From contig OY760183.1 of NCBI GenBank assembly GCA_963663275.1, positions 1,760,001 to 1,824,000 on the forward strand: a DNA stretch of 64,000 nt. The letters run 5' to 3'. Below are positions 35,045 to 46,118 of this stretch, piece by piece. Source of the stretch: Chloroflexota bacterium. GTDB lineage: Bacteria > Chloroflexota > UBA11872 > VXOZ01. A model generated the notes under the pieces. The model had not been told where the DNA came from, ran no database searches, and was given only the letters and a program-made list of their open reading frames with translations. Made by a program: the position numbers and the translations under genes. Position 1 is the first letter of the stretch; every line of letters starts with the position of its first letter.

Positions 35045-36817
35045 TTGACCATTGACGTTGCCACGCTCACCGCGCTGCGCCGGGAGTTCGCCGATACCAT
35101 CGTGGGCGGACGGATACAGCGCGTGCTGCACCCGGGCAATCTGGCGGTGGCCTTTGAAATCTACGCCCGGGGCGAGACCTGGTGGCTCATCATCGACGCC
35201 GCGCCCCAAGCGCCCCATTGCTATCTGACCCGCGAGCGGCCGGCGCGCGCCGGTGACAACGTGACCCCGTTGCTGCTCCTGCTGCGCAAGTACGCCCGCA
35301 ACGGACGCCTCATCGCGGTGGAACAGCCGCCGTGGGAGCGGGTGCTGCAATTCACCCTCCACGCGCGGGTGGACGACGATATTGTGGAAACCACGCTCAT
35401 CGCCGAGATCATGGGGCGCACGAGCAACCTGGTGCTGGTGGATGCCGACGGCGTGATTCTGGAAAGCCTGAAGCGGGTGGACGCCTCCATCAACCGCTAC
35501 CGGCAAGTGCTGCCCAGACTGCCCTATGTCCCGCCGCCGCCGCTGGCGCGTCCCGATCCCCTTGCGGCGCAGGCGTCGCTGCTGGAAGCCGCGGCCCAGT
35601 CCGAGAAGAAACAACCCGCCTGGCGCGTGCTGATGGGGCAGACCAGCGGCATCGGGCCGCTGCTCGCCCGGGAGGCGGTCTATCGCGCGGCGGGTGATGC
35701 CGCAGCGCCGGCGGCGGATTCGGATTGGCCAGGGGTGTTGGGAGCGGCGCGGGACGTGTTTACGCAGGTGGCAAGCGGCGAACTCACGCCGTGCGTGGCG
35801 CGTGCTGCGGAAGGCGCAATCACCGCCTACGCCCCCTATACATTGAGCATGTTTCCGCAGCGCGATGACGTGGAGTCAATGAGCGCCGCCATCGAGATGT
35901 TCTACCGGGAACAGGGCAAAGCGCCGCCGCGCCGCCAAGCGCAAGACCTGGGCCAGAAGCCGCTTCTAACGGCGCTCCAGGAGCGCCTGGGCCAACTCCG
36001 GCAGCGGCGGCGCGCTCTGGAACGGCAGCGGGCCGAGGCCGCCGACGCGGAGGAGTGGCGGCGCAAAGGCGACCTGGTGCTGGCCTACGGCTACAGTGTT
36101 CCGCCGGGCGGCGACGCGATTGAGGTGGACGGCGAGACGATTTGGATCGATCCGCAGGAACCGGTGGCCGCGAACGCCGATACCTACTTTGCCGCATACA
36201 AGCGCAAGAAACGGGCGCAGGAGGAAGTGCCGGGGCTGCTGCGCAAGGTTGAGAATGAACACGCCTACTGCGAGCAGGCGGAGTCGCTGCTGGAATCCGC
36301 CGAGACGCCCGGCGACGTGCGCGCGCTGCGCGCCGAACTGCGCGAACAGGGCATCGTGGGCGGCGGCCAACCGAAAAAGGGCGGCCAGGCGGGCAAGGGC
36401 AAGGGAAGAGGCAAGGGACGCGCGAGCAAGCGGGGCAGGGACGCGGACGAGGGCGCGCGGCCGGTCTCGTTCTGGCTCGACGGCGTGCAGGCGCTGGTGG
36501 GGCGCAGCGGCGCGCAGAACGACGCGGCCCTGCGCCTGGCCGACCCGAACGACCTGTGGCTGCACGCCCGCAACGTGCCCGGCGCGCACACGGTCCTGCG
36601 CTCCGGCGGCCGCGACGTGCCGGACGAAATCATCCACCAGGCCGCCCAAGTCGCCGCCTACTACAGCAAACTCCGCGCCGCCGCCAGCGCCGAGGTGGAC
36701 GTCACCCGCCGCCGCTACGTCCGCCGCATCCCCGGCGCCCATCCCGGCCTCGTCACCTACCGCAACGAGTACACCATCCGCGTCAAACCTATGCCGCTAC
36801 CGCTGCCGGAACGGTGA
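35045..36817 (+). CDS. rqcH: Ribosome quality control protein RqcH/Rqc2 (NFACT/FbpA family)
   Basis: NFACT-N (LIAEIMGRTSNLVL), HhH, coiled coil, NFACT-R (VGRSGAQND, WLHARNVPGAH, AAYYSK). Confidence 0.9.
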   Translation: MTIDVATLTALRREFADTIVGGRIQRVLHPGNLAVAFEIYARGETWWLIIDAAPQAPHCYLTRERPARAGDNVTPLLLLLRKYARNGRLIAVEQPPWERVLQFTLHARVDDDIVETTLIAEIMGRTSNLVLVDADGVILESLKRVDASINRYRQVLPRLPYVPPPPLARPDPLAAQASLLEAAAQSEKKQPAWRVLMGQTSGIGPLLAREAVYRAAGDAAAPAADSDWPGVLGAARDVFTQVASGELTPCVARAAEGAITAYAPYTLSMFPQRDDVESMSAAIEMFYREQGKAPPRRQAQDLGQKPLLTALQERLGQLRQRRRALERQRAEAADAEEWRRKGDLVLAYGYSVPPGGDAIEVDGETIWIDPQEPVAANADTYFAAYKRKKRAQEEVPGLLRKVENEHAYCEQAESLLESAETPGDVRALRAELREQGIVGGGQPKKGGQAGKGKGRGKGRASKRGRDADEGARPVSFWLDGVQALVGRSGAQNDAALRLADPNDLWLHARNVPGAHTVLRSGGRDVPDEIIHQAAQVAAYYSKLRAAASAEVDVTRRRYVRRIPGAHPGLVTYRNEYTIRVKPMPLPLPER

Positions 36818-36940
36818 TGCCCAGTTCATTTGAGAGTATGCTCACTTCTTCGACTTCGTGCTAACCGTTCACATTGAAGATGCCGATAGGCAAGTTGCGG
36901 AGTTGGAAAGACCAAATTCGTGCACGTATGACACTCCATG

Positions 36941-36963
36941 CTTCGACAGGCTCAACACGAACG
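36941..36963 (+). repeat. REP-like element, family C (CTTCGACAGGCTCAGCACGAAC)
   Basis: Related copies at 55611, within 61686-61884, and a partial copy near 5811. Confidence 0.75.
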
Positions 36964-37010
36964 AGCGGCAATCACTCGGGCGCGGGTGAATACCGCGTTA
37001 GCCGTTGGCG

Positions 37011-39290
37011 CTAGCAATTGCGCGGCGTCCAGTTCAGGTGCTTATCGAGAAACGGAAACGTCCCCGCGCTTTCGATCATGTGGCCGCCGTCGAAGTAGTG
37101 GATGGTGGCGCGGTCGGGGATTTTGAGGTCGGCGTAGCGGCGTTGGACGCGGGCGTATTCGTAGGCGCACCATTCGTCGGAGGCGACGCCGTCGCGGTGG
37201 CCGCGCTCGACCATGAAGGGGCGCGGCGCCATCAGGTAGGCCATTTCGGCGTAGTTGAAGGTCTGGCCCAGGTTGAACTCCTGCATCTCCCACTCGTGGT
37301 TGAACATGTAGCCGGAGAAGTAGTCGGTGCTGGCGCACTTGCGCGCCCACTCGTTGAAGTCGCCTGAGCAGATTGACAGCGCGTACTGGGTGAGCACCGT
37401 GGGGATGCGCATGGCCGCCTTGCCGCCGTAGGAGAGACCGTAGAAGCCGATGCGGTCGGGAGCGACAAACGGCAGCGTGGCGAGCCAGTCAAGCGTCTGT
37501 TGGTGCTGGGCGATGGCGAACGTGAAGAGCGTCCAGCCCAGAGGATTCGCCTTGCGCTGGAGCGTGCGGAACTCGTGGTAGCCGATGTAGGGATTCTGCG
37601 GCGCGTACGTGACGTAGCCGCGTTCGGCCAGCCGGGCGGCAAAGGCATGGTACGGGCCGTTTCCTTCCTTGATGACGTCCTCCGGTCGGCCTTCCAGACC
37701 GTGCTGGCAGACCACGACCGGCCGCTTCTCTCCCGGCTCTACGTTCTTGGGCACCAGCAGGATGCCGTGGGCAAAGATGTCGGGCAGCACGTCCAGCGTA
37801 ATCTCGTAGCCGTTCCAGGCGTCGTTTTCGCCCCAGGGACGGCTCTGCGCGTTGAAGGGCAGGCTGGGTTCCGGGCAGCGGCCGATGAGGTCTTCCCAGA
37901 AGCGATTTCTGTAAGTGGCGGCGGACTCTTCCCACGCCTCCAGCGAAGATGTGTCGGCTTCCGACCAGAAGTCTTCCCGCGTGCGCCACGCCACTTCAAG
38001 GCGTTGCTGAACGTGGGTCACAATCTGGTTGAACTGCCGCTCTAGGCGCGCATCGGGGTCAAAGGCAGTACGAGCGTCACGCGGCGCGGTTGCCGTTGCT
38101 TCCCCGCGCGATTCGACGCCCAGGCCGTGCAGCAAGGCCGCTAGCGCGGCAGTCGAACCCGGGCCGGCATCCTCCGCCGGTGGTTCAACCAGAATGAGGC
38201 GATCTGCGGCATCGTGCGCGGCGTAGGCGGGACGGGCGCGTTCCACTTCAGCCGCCACTTCCGCTAGCGGTGCGGGGGCGATCGCGCCGGGCGCGGCCAC
38301 CTGACCGCGCGCGTTCTCCAGACCGCGTATCGGCGGCTTGCCGGGGACGTCGGGCGCGGGCGCCGCCTCGATTATCAAGGGGCGCGGCGCAATCATGCTC
38401 GCCAGTTCCGCGTCGCTGAAGCCGCGCAGCAGCCGCCAGACGTTGCGGTAGAGCGGCTCCTGCCACAATTGCGTGCGGTTGCGGAAGTAGCCGCTTACGC
38501 CGACCGCGGCAATGCGCTCGTCCAGCGCGCCGCTGTAGAGCGCCAGCAAGCCGCCCTCGCCGTAGCCAAACACCGCCACCGGCGCGTCCTCCGGCGCGGG
38601 TTGCGCCGAAAAGTAGTCCACCAGCGCCAGAATCTTCTGTACCTCGTAGCCGATGACGTGGCGTCCCATCTCGCAGGCCATGCGGTAGATGAACTCGCGG
38701 TGGGGCTGGTCGGTCATGCGAATGGCCGGATTGCCGGAAAAAGCGTGCGCGCGGTCGATGAGCGTGGGCACGACCACCTGGCAGCCTTGTTCCACCAAGC
38801 GCCGGGCGAACTGCCGCTCCGGTTCCAGGCCGGGCGCGAGACCGGCCAGCGTCTCCGGCGTCCAATCGGCGTCGGGCAGGGCGATCACGTGGGCGATTGG
38901 CGGCTGCTTGGGCCGCAGCAGCAGGCCCTCGCCCTCCACGCCGTCCAACACCGGCCAACGAATCGCGTGCACGTCGTACGCGCGGGTGGCGGCGACGCGG
39001 AACGGGTCGCGGGTGGAGCAGACGAACTCCAGCGCGGAGACCGGTTTGCGTTCGTCGATCACGCCAACGTTGCGCGCGAATTCCTGCCGTTTATCGTCAA
39101 CGCGGGATTCCAGTGACGCACCGGAATCTCCCAGCGACCGCAGCGCGGTCTCCGCCTCCCGGTCGGCGGCGTCAAGTTCGCGGTCCAGATAGCGATGGAT
39201 GCCGGCGATCATCTGGGCGGCAACGTCGCCTTCACGTGTCAGCGCCGCCGTTCCCGGCAGACGGGAGGCAGCGCGCTCGATTTGACCCAT
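37011..39290 (-). CDS. Tandem alpha/beta-hydrolase (dienelactone hydrolase / acetyl xylan esterase-like)
   Basis: Two homologous hydrolase modules, with elbows GYGEGG and GLSYGG; C-terminal D and GGH. Confidence 0.78.
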   Translation of the reverse strand: MGQIERAASRLPGTAALTREGDVAAQMIAGIHRYLDRELDAADREAETALRSLGDSGASLESRVDDKRQEFARNVGVIDERKPVSALEFVCSTRDPFRVAATRAYDVHAIRWPVLDGVEGEGLLLRPKQPPIAHVIALPDADWTPETLAGLAPGLEPERQFARRLVEQGCQVVVPTLIDRAHAFSGNPAIRMTDQPHREFIYRMACEMGRHVIGYEVQKILALVDYFSAQPAPEDAPVAVFGYGEGGLLALYSGALDERIAAVGVSGYFRNRTQLWQEPLYRNVWRLLRGFSDAELASMIAPRPLIIEAAPAPDVPGKPPIRGLENARGQVAAPGAIAPAPLAEVAAEVERARPAYAAHDAADRLILVEPPAEDAGPGSTAALAALLHGLGVESRGEATATAPRDARTAFDPDARLERQFNQIVTHVQQRLEVAWRTREDFWSEADTSSLEAWEESAATYRNRFWEDLIGRCPEPSLPFNAQSRPWGENDAWNGYEITLDVLPDIFAHGILLVPKNVEPGEKRPVVVCQHGLEGRPEDVIKEGNGPYHAFAARLAERGYVTYAPQNPYIGYHEFRTLQRKANPLGWTLFTFAIAQHQQTLDWLATLPFVAPDRIGFYGLSYGGKAAMRIPTVLTQYALSICSGDFNEWARKCASTDYFSGYMFNHEWEMQEFNLGQTFNYAEMAYLMAPRPFMVERGHRDGVASDEWCAYEYARVQRRYADLKIPDRATIHYFDGGHMIESAGTFPFLDKHLNWTPRNC

Positions 39291-39432
39291 GGTAGCGGCT
39301 TTCCTTTGTTCCCTACGAGTATTCACTAGCACGGTAGCGCGGCAACGTAGTGTTGCGCAAGCGCGGTTAGGCTTCAGTATAATCGGATGCAGTGGCAAGG
39401 TAGCTTCACAGGCAGGAATTTTCAGGCCCGGT

Positions 39433-40656
39433 ATGAGCGAGAATCCCGTACTCGACATTGCCATCGTTGGCGGCGGCATCGTCGGTCTCTCCACGGCCTT
39501 GACATTGGCTCAACGCCACCGGGGTTTGGGCATCACGGTCTTCGAGAAGGAGACCGACGTCGCCCAACACCAGACCGGCCACAACAGCGGCGTGATACAC
39601 TCCGGCATCTACTACCGGCCCGGCTCGCTGCGGGCGCGCATGGCGGTGGCGGGATCCGAGCGCATGGTGGCCTTTTGCGCGGAGCACGGCATTCCCTACG
39701 ACCGCTGCGGCAAGGTGATTGTGGCCACTGCGGAGGCGCAGATTCCCGCGCTGGAGGAATTGGCGCGCCGGGCCGCGGCCAACGGCGTGCCGGGTACCCG
39801 CTTGATCGGCCCGGAAGAACTGAAGGAACTGGAGCCTTACGCCACCGGCGTGCGCGCGCTTCACGTGCCCAGCGCCGGCATCGTGGACTACAGCTTGGTG
39901 GCGCGGAAATACCGGGAACTCTTCGAAGCTGCCGGCGGCCGGGTGCGCACCGGCGCGGAAGTGACCGCTGTCGCGGACGAATCTAACGGGCTGCGGCTGG
40001 AGATTCGCGGCCAAGCTGAGGCGCGGAGTAGGCGCGTCATCACGTGCGGCGGGCTGTTCGCGGATCGGGTCAGCATTGCCGCCGGTCTCAGGCCGCCGCT
40101 GAAGATCGCGCCTTTTCGCGGCGAGTACTCCGCGCTCGTGCCGGAGAAACGCTACCTGGTGCGCAACATGATCTATCCCGTCGCCAATCCCGCCTTTCCT
40201 TTTCTGGGCGTGCACTTCACGCGGCGCATCGACGGCGCCATTGAAGTGGGGCCGAACGCCGTGTTCGCCTTCAAGCGCCAGGGCTACCGCTGGCGGGACG
40301 TGAGCCTCGGCGACACGCTGGACATTCTGGGCTACGTGGGGTTTTGGCGCATGGCGGCCCGCTACTGGCGCACGGGACTGGGGGAAGTGTACCGTTCGCT
40401 GCACAAGCGGGCCATGGTGAAGGAGTTGCGGAAGTTGGTGCCGGACGTCACGGCGCCGGACCTGGTGCGCGCGGGGTCCGGCGTGCGGGCGCAGGCGCTT
40501 GACCGGCAGGGGAAGTTGATCGAGGACTTCCACATCGTGCGGGAACCGCGCGTGATCCACGTGCTGAATGCACCCTCGCCGGCGGCGACGGCGTCGTTGA
40601 GCATTGGCGAAGCCGTGGCGGACATGGCGGCTGAGTGGCTGTCGTCGGGGAAGTAG
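39433..40656 (+). CDS. lhgO: L-2-hydroxyglutarate oxidase family FAD oxidoreductase
   Basis: GGGIVG, HQTGHNSGVIHSGIYY, FLGVHFT, NAPSPAATASL. Confidence 0.92.
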   Translation: MSENPVLDIAIVGGGIVGLSTALTLAQRHRGLGITVFEKETDVAQHQTGHNSGVIHSGIYYRPGSLRARMAVAGSERMVAFCAEHGIPYDRCGKVIVATAEAQIPALEELARRAAANGVPGTRLIGPEELKELEPYATGVRALHVPSAGIVDYSLVARKYRELFEAAGGRVRTGAEVTAVADESNGLRLEIRGQAEARSRRVITCGGLFADRVSIAAGLRPPLKIAPFRGEYSALVPEKRYLVRNMIYPVANPAFPFLGVHFTRRIDGAIEVGPNAVFAFKRQGYRWRDVSLGDTLDILGYVGFWRMAARYWRTGLGEVYRSLHKRAMVKELRKLVPDVTAPDLVRAGSGVRAQALDRQGKLIEDFHIVREPRVIHVLNAPSPAATASLSIGEAVADMAAEWLSSGK

Positions 40657-40686
40657 GCGCGGCGCGTGTGCGCGGATGAAGATTTG

Positions 40687-40719
40687 CCCTCACCCTAACC
40701 CTCTCCCACGGGAGAGGGG
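40687..40719 (+). repeat. REP-like palindrome, family A
   Basis: CCCTCACCCTAACCCTCTCCCACGGGAGAGGGG. Confidence 0.85.
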
Positions 40720-40759
40720 ATTGCCGATTCTAAACAGGAAGAAGCGCGCCAGGTCCACA

Positions 40760-40968
40760 TTGCCGCGCGCGCGGCGAAAGCGTTATACTGTTTTAGATAG
40801 GCGAAGAGCCGTCGCGCGGGGCGATGCGCGCGGCGACAAAACACAAGCAGAGTAGCAGCAAGCCTCAGCGCGTGCAGGCGTAAGTGGCGCATGTTCCCAA
40901 GCATGAGTTTCACTTGGAGCAAGTTGAAGCGCGCGTAGGCGCAGGAGTGCGGAAGGGGTCGCGAACGA
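40760..40968 (+). promoter_or_regulatory. rpsB promoter and long 5' leader (probable S2 autoregulatory leader)
   Basis: TTGCCG-N18-TATACT followed by an ~170-nt leader with hairpin potential; S2 leaders are known in other phyla. Confidence 0.5.
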
Positions 40969-41847
<879 letters not shown>

Positions 41848-42095
41848 CGCCGTTTCAGGTTGAAAGCGGCGGCCGCGCGGCGCGGCGGCAGTGTAACGAT
41901 CAGGTTGGCATTGGCGGCAGCGAGAGGAGGCGGCGCGCGTTGTGCGCATCCGACGAGGGATGTTCCATCGAAACGGCCGCCGCCCATGGCGCCGGCGCGT
42001 TGAACCGTTGGGTTCAGTTCCCTGCTTTCAGGATGAGCGCCAGGTTTCGCGTTGGCCCCCATTCCTGGGGGACTCGGCTGAATTCCGTCTTGTTT

Positions 42096-42128
42096 CCCTC
42101 TCCCTCAGGGAGAGGGCCAGGGTGAGGG
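42096..42128 (-). repeat. REP-like palindrome, family A
   Basis: CCCTCTCCCTCAGGGAGAGGGCCAGGGTGAGGG. Confidence 0.85.
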
Positions 42129-42219
42129 TGAACGAGCAGGGCAGAAACACGTTGATGTGGCAATAAGCGCCGCCGTTCCGGCATTGGGCGGCCGCGCAAA
42201 GGGAGATTGAATTCAAGCA

Positions 42220-42726
42220 ATGGCAACCGTGACGATCGGGGACATCAAGGCGCTGCGCGAGCAAACCGGCGCGGGCATCATGGACTGCAAGCGGGCGCTG
42301 GAGGAAGCGGACGGCGACCAAGCCGCGGCCAAGAAACTGCTGGACGAGCAGGGCCTGGCGAAAGCCGCGAAGCGCGCCGACCGCGAGGCTTCGCAGGGTT
42401 TGGTGCATTCCTACATCCACGGCGATGGGCGCGTCGGCGTGCTGGTGGAAGTGAATTGTGAAACCGACTTCGTGGCGCGCACCGACGAGTTCAAGCACCT
42501 GGTGCACGAGATCGCGCTGCACGTGGCCGGTATGAACCCCGAGTTCGTGAGCGAAGCGGATTTGCCGGAGGACTACGAGGGCAATCCGGAGGAAGCGGTG
42601 CTGTTGGCGCAGCCGTTCGTGCGCGACCCGTCGCTCACCGTCGCGGACCTCATCAAGCAGACCATTGCCAAGACCGGCGAGAACGTCGTCATCCGGCGCT
42701 TCTGCCGCTACGAGCGCGGGATGTAG
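42220..42726 (+). CDS. tsf: Elongation factor Ts (short form)
   Basis: LREQTGAGIMDCKRAL, EVNCETDFVA, GENVVIRRF. Confidence 0.97.
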   Translation: MATVTIGDIKALREQTGAGIMDCKRALEEADGDQAAAKKLLDEQGLAKAAKRADREASQGLVHSYIHGDGRVGVLVEVNCETDFVARTDEFKHLVHEIALHVAGMNPEFVSEADLPEDYEGNPEEAVLLAQPFVRDPSLTVADLIKQTIAKTGENVVIRRFCRYERGM

Positions 42727-42782
42727 CGCGCGCTCATTAGCTTTAGCGCCGGCGGCCGGCGCCCCGCGAGCAGAGAGGACCC

Positions 42783-43529
42783 ATGGCTGACCTACGCTAT
42801 CGGCGCGTGCTGCTCAAGATTGGCGGCGAAGCGCTCATGGGCAAGGGGAAGGGCGAATATGGCATAGATCTGGCGATTGCGCGCAACATCGCCAAGCAGA
42901 TCGCCTCCGCCCGCCGCTTGGGCACCCAGATTGGGGTCGTAATCGGCGGGGGCAACATCTGGCGCGGCGAACTGGCGGCCGACCAGGGCATGGATCGGGC
43001 AACGGCGGACTACATGGGCATGCTCGCCACGGTCATCAACGCCTTGGCTTTGCAGGACGCTCTGGCGCGGGAAGGCCTGGACGCCCGCGTGCAGACCGCA
43101 ATCGAGATGCGGGAAGTCGCCGAGCCGTATATTCGCGCCCGCGCCATCGACCATCTGGAGCAGGAGCGCGTCGTTATCTTCAGCGCGGGCACGGGCAATC
43201 CTTTCTTCACGACGGATACGGCCGGCGCCCTGCGCGCCATGGAGATCAACGCGGAAGTGTTGATAAAGGCCACCAAGGTGGACGGGGCGTATGACAGCGA
43301 TCCCATAGAGAATCCGAGCGCCGTAAAGTTCGACTACCTCACCTACCTGGACGCGCTCAACATGGGCCTGAAGGTGATGGATAGCACCGCGATTTCACTC
43401 TGCATGGAGAATAATCTCCCCATTGCGGTCTTCAAGCTGGAGCACTCCGGCGCACTGGAGCGGTTGCTGCAAGGGGAGCCGGTGGGCACCTTGATAGGAG
43501 ATAGGGACGATGCTGGAGCCGATTCTTGA
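42783..43529 (+). CDS. pyrH: UMP kinase
   Basis: [29 protein letters not shown]. Confidence 0.97.
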   Translation: MADLRYRRVLLKIGGEALMGKGKGEYGIDLAIARNIAKQIASARRLGTQIGVVIGGGNIWRGELAADQGMDRATADYMGMLATVINALALQDALAREGLDARVQTAIEMREVAEPYIRARAIDHLEQERVVIFSAGTGNPFFTTDTAGALRAMEINAEVLIKATKVDGAYDSDPIENPSAVKFDYLTYLDALNMGLKVMDSTAISLCMENNLPIAVFKLEHSGALERLLQGEPVGTLIGDRDDAGADS

Positions 43530-44064
43530 GGAAACCGAAATGGCGATGGGCCTGGCTACCGAGGCCCTGGAGCGCGACATTGCGCGCATTCGAACCGGGC
43601 GGGCGTCCACGGCGCTGGTAGAAGACATCCCGGTGGAATACTACGGCACGGAATTGCCCCTGAACCAGGTTGCCACCATCATCGTGCCGGAGCCGCGCCT
43701 CATCGTTATCCAGCCGTGGGACAAACAGTCCATCCCGGCGATCGAGCGGGCGATTCTCAAGTCCGAACTCGGCATTACCCCGGCGAACGACGGCACGGTA
43801 ATCCGCATCGCGCTGCCGCAGCCGACCGCGGAGCGGCGCGAGGAACTGGCAAAGCTGGTGCGCCAGCGAGCCGAAGAGGCTCGCGTCGCCATCCGCAATA
43901 GCCGCCGCACTGCCCAGGACGCGCTGCGCAAGCAGAAGAGCGGCAGCGTTTCCCAGGACGACGTGCGCCGCGCCCAAGGCGAGTTGCAGAAGCTCACCGA
44001 CGCCGAGATCGAGCGCGTCGACGCCGCGCTGGCCGATAAAGAGCAGGAAATCCTGACCATCTAA
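43510..44064 (+). CDS. frr: Ribosome recycling factor
   Basis: [30 protein letters not shown]. Confidence 0.97.
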   Translation: MLEPILEETEMAMGLATEALERDIARIRTGRASTALVEDIPVEYYGTELPLNQVATIIVPEPRLIVIQPWDKQSIPAIERAILKSELGITPANDGTVIRIALPQPTAERREELAKLVRQRAEEARVAIRNSRRTAQDALRKQKSGSVSQDDVRRAQGELQKLTDAEIERVDAALADKEQEILTI

Positions 44065-44079
44065 CGTGGTTGCCGATTT

Positions 44080-44349
44080 GAATGCGGCACATCGGACGAA
44101 AGCGGCAGACCGGACTGGTACGGAAGACTGGACGGATGCGCCACACTGGCCGGACGCGGCAATCCGGGTGGATGCGGCATCCAGGACGGACGCGCTAGAC
44201 GGGACGGAAGCGGCAGACCGGATGGCTCCGGTTGACGAGACGGATGCGCCACCCCGGGCGAGTGCGGCACACGGGACGGATGCGGCAAACCGGACAAGTG
44301 CGGCACTCCGGACGGGTGCGGCAAACCGGACGAGTGCGGCAGAATAGAA
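44080..44349. repeat. Degenerate tandem repeat, 15 x 18 bp (overlaps the 93-aa hexapeptide-repeat ORF 44066-44347)
   Basis: Consensus about gGATGCGGCAnACCGGAC, uninterrupted 18-bp period. Confidence 0.9.
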
Positions 44350-44363
44350 GGCTCCGCATGAGT

Positions 44364-44396
44364 CCCCTCTCCTGGGGGAGAGGGTTAGGGTGAGGG
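44364..44396 (-). repeat. REP-like palindrome, family A
   Basis: CCCCTCTCCTGGGGGAGAGGGTTAGGGTGAGGG. Confidence 0.85.
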
Positions 44397-44436
44397 CGAA
44401 ACAGCAGACCGGCAAGAAGCTGACTGGGCGCTAACC

Positions 44437-45219
44437 ATGGAACCGACGCCTTCCAAGACCTCGAAGACGGCGACGGCGGAGGAGAGGAAATTCCCCCCGC
44501 TGCCCGTTACGCCCGTCCACGTCGGCATCGTGATGGACGGCAACGGACGCTGGGCGGCCCAGCGCGGGCTGCCGCGTTTGGAGGGACACCGGGCCGGCGC
44601 GCGCGGGGTGCGCGAGGTGGCGGAAGCCGCCGTTGACTTTGGCGTCAGAATTCTCACGCTCTACGCCTTTTCCACCGAAAACTGGGCGCGCCCGGAAGAG
44701 GAAGTCAGCGGTCTGATGGCGCTGCTGGAAGAGACGATCGAGCGCGAACAGGGCGCGATTGTGGAGAATGAGATTCAGGTGCGCTCCATTGGGCGGCGCG
44801 AGGCCGTGCCTTCCACGTTGCAAGTGGCGATCGAGCACCTGGAGGAAGCGACCCGGGGCAACGAGCGCCTGACGATCAATTTCGCGTTCAACTATGGCGG
44901 ACGCGGCGAAATCGTCGACGCCGTGCGCGAAATCGTGGCCGAGGGCGTGCCGGCCGCCCACATCTCGGAAGAGACGATCGCGCGGCATCTGTACACCCGC
45001 GACCTGCCCGACCCCGATCTGGTCATCCGCACGGCCGGCGAGATGCGGCTTTCCAACTTCCTGCTCTGGCAAGCCGCCTACGCCGAGTACTACGCCGCGC
45101 AGGTCTACTGGCCGGACTTCGGGCGCAAAGAGTTCTACGCCGCGCTTGCCAACTACAGCCGCCGGGACCGCAAGTTCGGCGGCCTTTCCGCGCGCCGCAA
45201 TGGCCAAGCGCAGCGGTAA
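44437..45219 (+). CDS. uppS: Isoprenyl transferase (undecaprenyl diphosphate synthase)
   Basis: HVGIVMDGNGRWA, YAFSTENW, RTAGEMRLSNFLLWQ. Confidence 0.96.
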   Translation: MEPTPSKTSKTATAEERKFPPLPVTPVHVGIVMDGNGRWAAQRGLPRLEGHRAGARGVREVAEAAVDFGVRILTLYAFSTENWARPEEEVSGLMALLEETIEREQGAIVENEIQVRSIGRREAVPSTLQVAIEHLEEATRGNERLTINFAFNYGGRGEIVDAVREIVAEGVPAAHISEETIARHLYTRDLPDPDLVIRTAGEMRLSNFLLWQAAYAEYYAAQVYWPDFGRKEFYAALANYSRRDRKFGGLSARRNGQAQR

Positions 45220-46108
45220 GCGCGGCGAGGCGAGCCGCGCGACGCAACGTCCCCGCTGGCAGGATCTTGCCACCCGCGCCCTCTCCGCGCTCGTCTACGC
45301 GCCGCTCCTGCTCGTGCTGGCCTACTTTGGCAATCCGTGGCTGCTGGCGGGCATGCTGGCGTTTGGCGGGCTGGCGCTGTGGGAATACTTCCACCTGGCG
45401 CGCCGCATGGGCCTGCCCGCGCACCGCGTCACCGCCGCCGCGTTGGGAATCGCGTTCTTCCTGTGGCCGTATAGCTTGATCTGGGCCGGCTACGCGGAAC
45501 TCGTGATCCTGCCGCCGCTCATCTTTACGTCGATCGTGCTCTGCTCGCTCTGGCTCTTGCTGCTGCCCCGGTCGGGCGACCTTGCCCAGGCGTTCACCGG
45601 CTGGAGCATGGCGGCGGCCGGCGCGATCTACGTCGGCTGGCTGCTCGGCCACACCGTGGCGCTTCGCGACTATATCTACGTGCGCGGCGAGTGGTGGCTC
45701 ATCTTTGCCTTGGTGGTCACGTGGGCCTATGACACGGGCGCGTATCTGGTGGGCCGCGGCATCGGCAAACGGCGCATCTTCCAGCGCCTGAGCGCGGGCA
45801 AGACCCTGGAGGGCACGCTGGGCGGCGCGTTCATCGCGGTCACGGCCGCGGCGCTCTACGCGCAGTTCACGCCGTTCCCCCTCAATCCGCTGGCCGCCGG
45901 TCTGGTCGGACTGGGCGCGGCGGTCGCGGCGCAACTGGGCGACCTGGTGGAATCGTTGCTCAAGCGCGGCGCGGACGTGAAAGACACCGGTACCCTCATC
46001 CCCGGCCACGGCGGCATCCTGGACCGCATCGACAGCCTGCTTTTCACAGGCCCCTACATGTTCTACGCGGCCCTGATCTGGGCTAGCCTGCAACTGGGCG
46101 CGCAGTAG
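45200..46108 (+). CDS. cdsA: Phosphatidate cytidylyltransferase
   Basis: DTGAY..G, KTLEG, GDLVESLLKR..VKD.G.LIPGHGGILDRIDS. Confidence 0.95.
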   Translation: MAKRSGKRGEASRATQRPRWQDLATRALSALVYAPLLLVLAYFGNPWLLAGMLAFGGLALWEYFHLARRMGLPAHRVTAAALGIAFFLWPYSLIWAGYAELVILPPLIFTSIVLCSLWLLLLPRSGDLAQAFTGWSMAAAGAIYVGWLLGHTVALRDYIYVRGEWWLIFALVVTWAYDTGAYLVGRGIGKRRIFQRLSAGKTLEGTLGGAFIAVTAAALYAQFTPFPLNPLAAGLVGLGAAVAAQLGDLVESLLKRGADVKDTGTLIPGHGGILDRIDSLLFTGPYMFYAALIWASLQLGAQ

Positions 46109-46118
46109 AGCCCCAGCC

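Noticed and set aside
41929-41981. Hammerhead ribozyme-like core (CCGACGAG...CGAAAC) between rpsB and tsf
   Set aside because: The core reads CCGACGA rather than CUGANGA, stem I has no viable loop and stem II pairs poorly. At best a degenerate relic; an Rfam search would settle it.
44080-44349. Possible CRISPR array
   Set aside because: Contiguous degenerate 18-bp units without unique spacers; no cas genes in the window.
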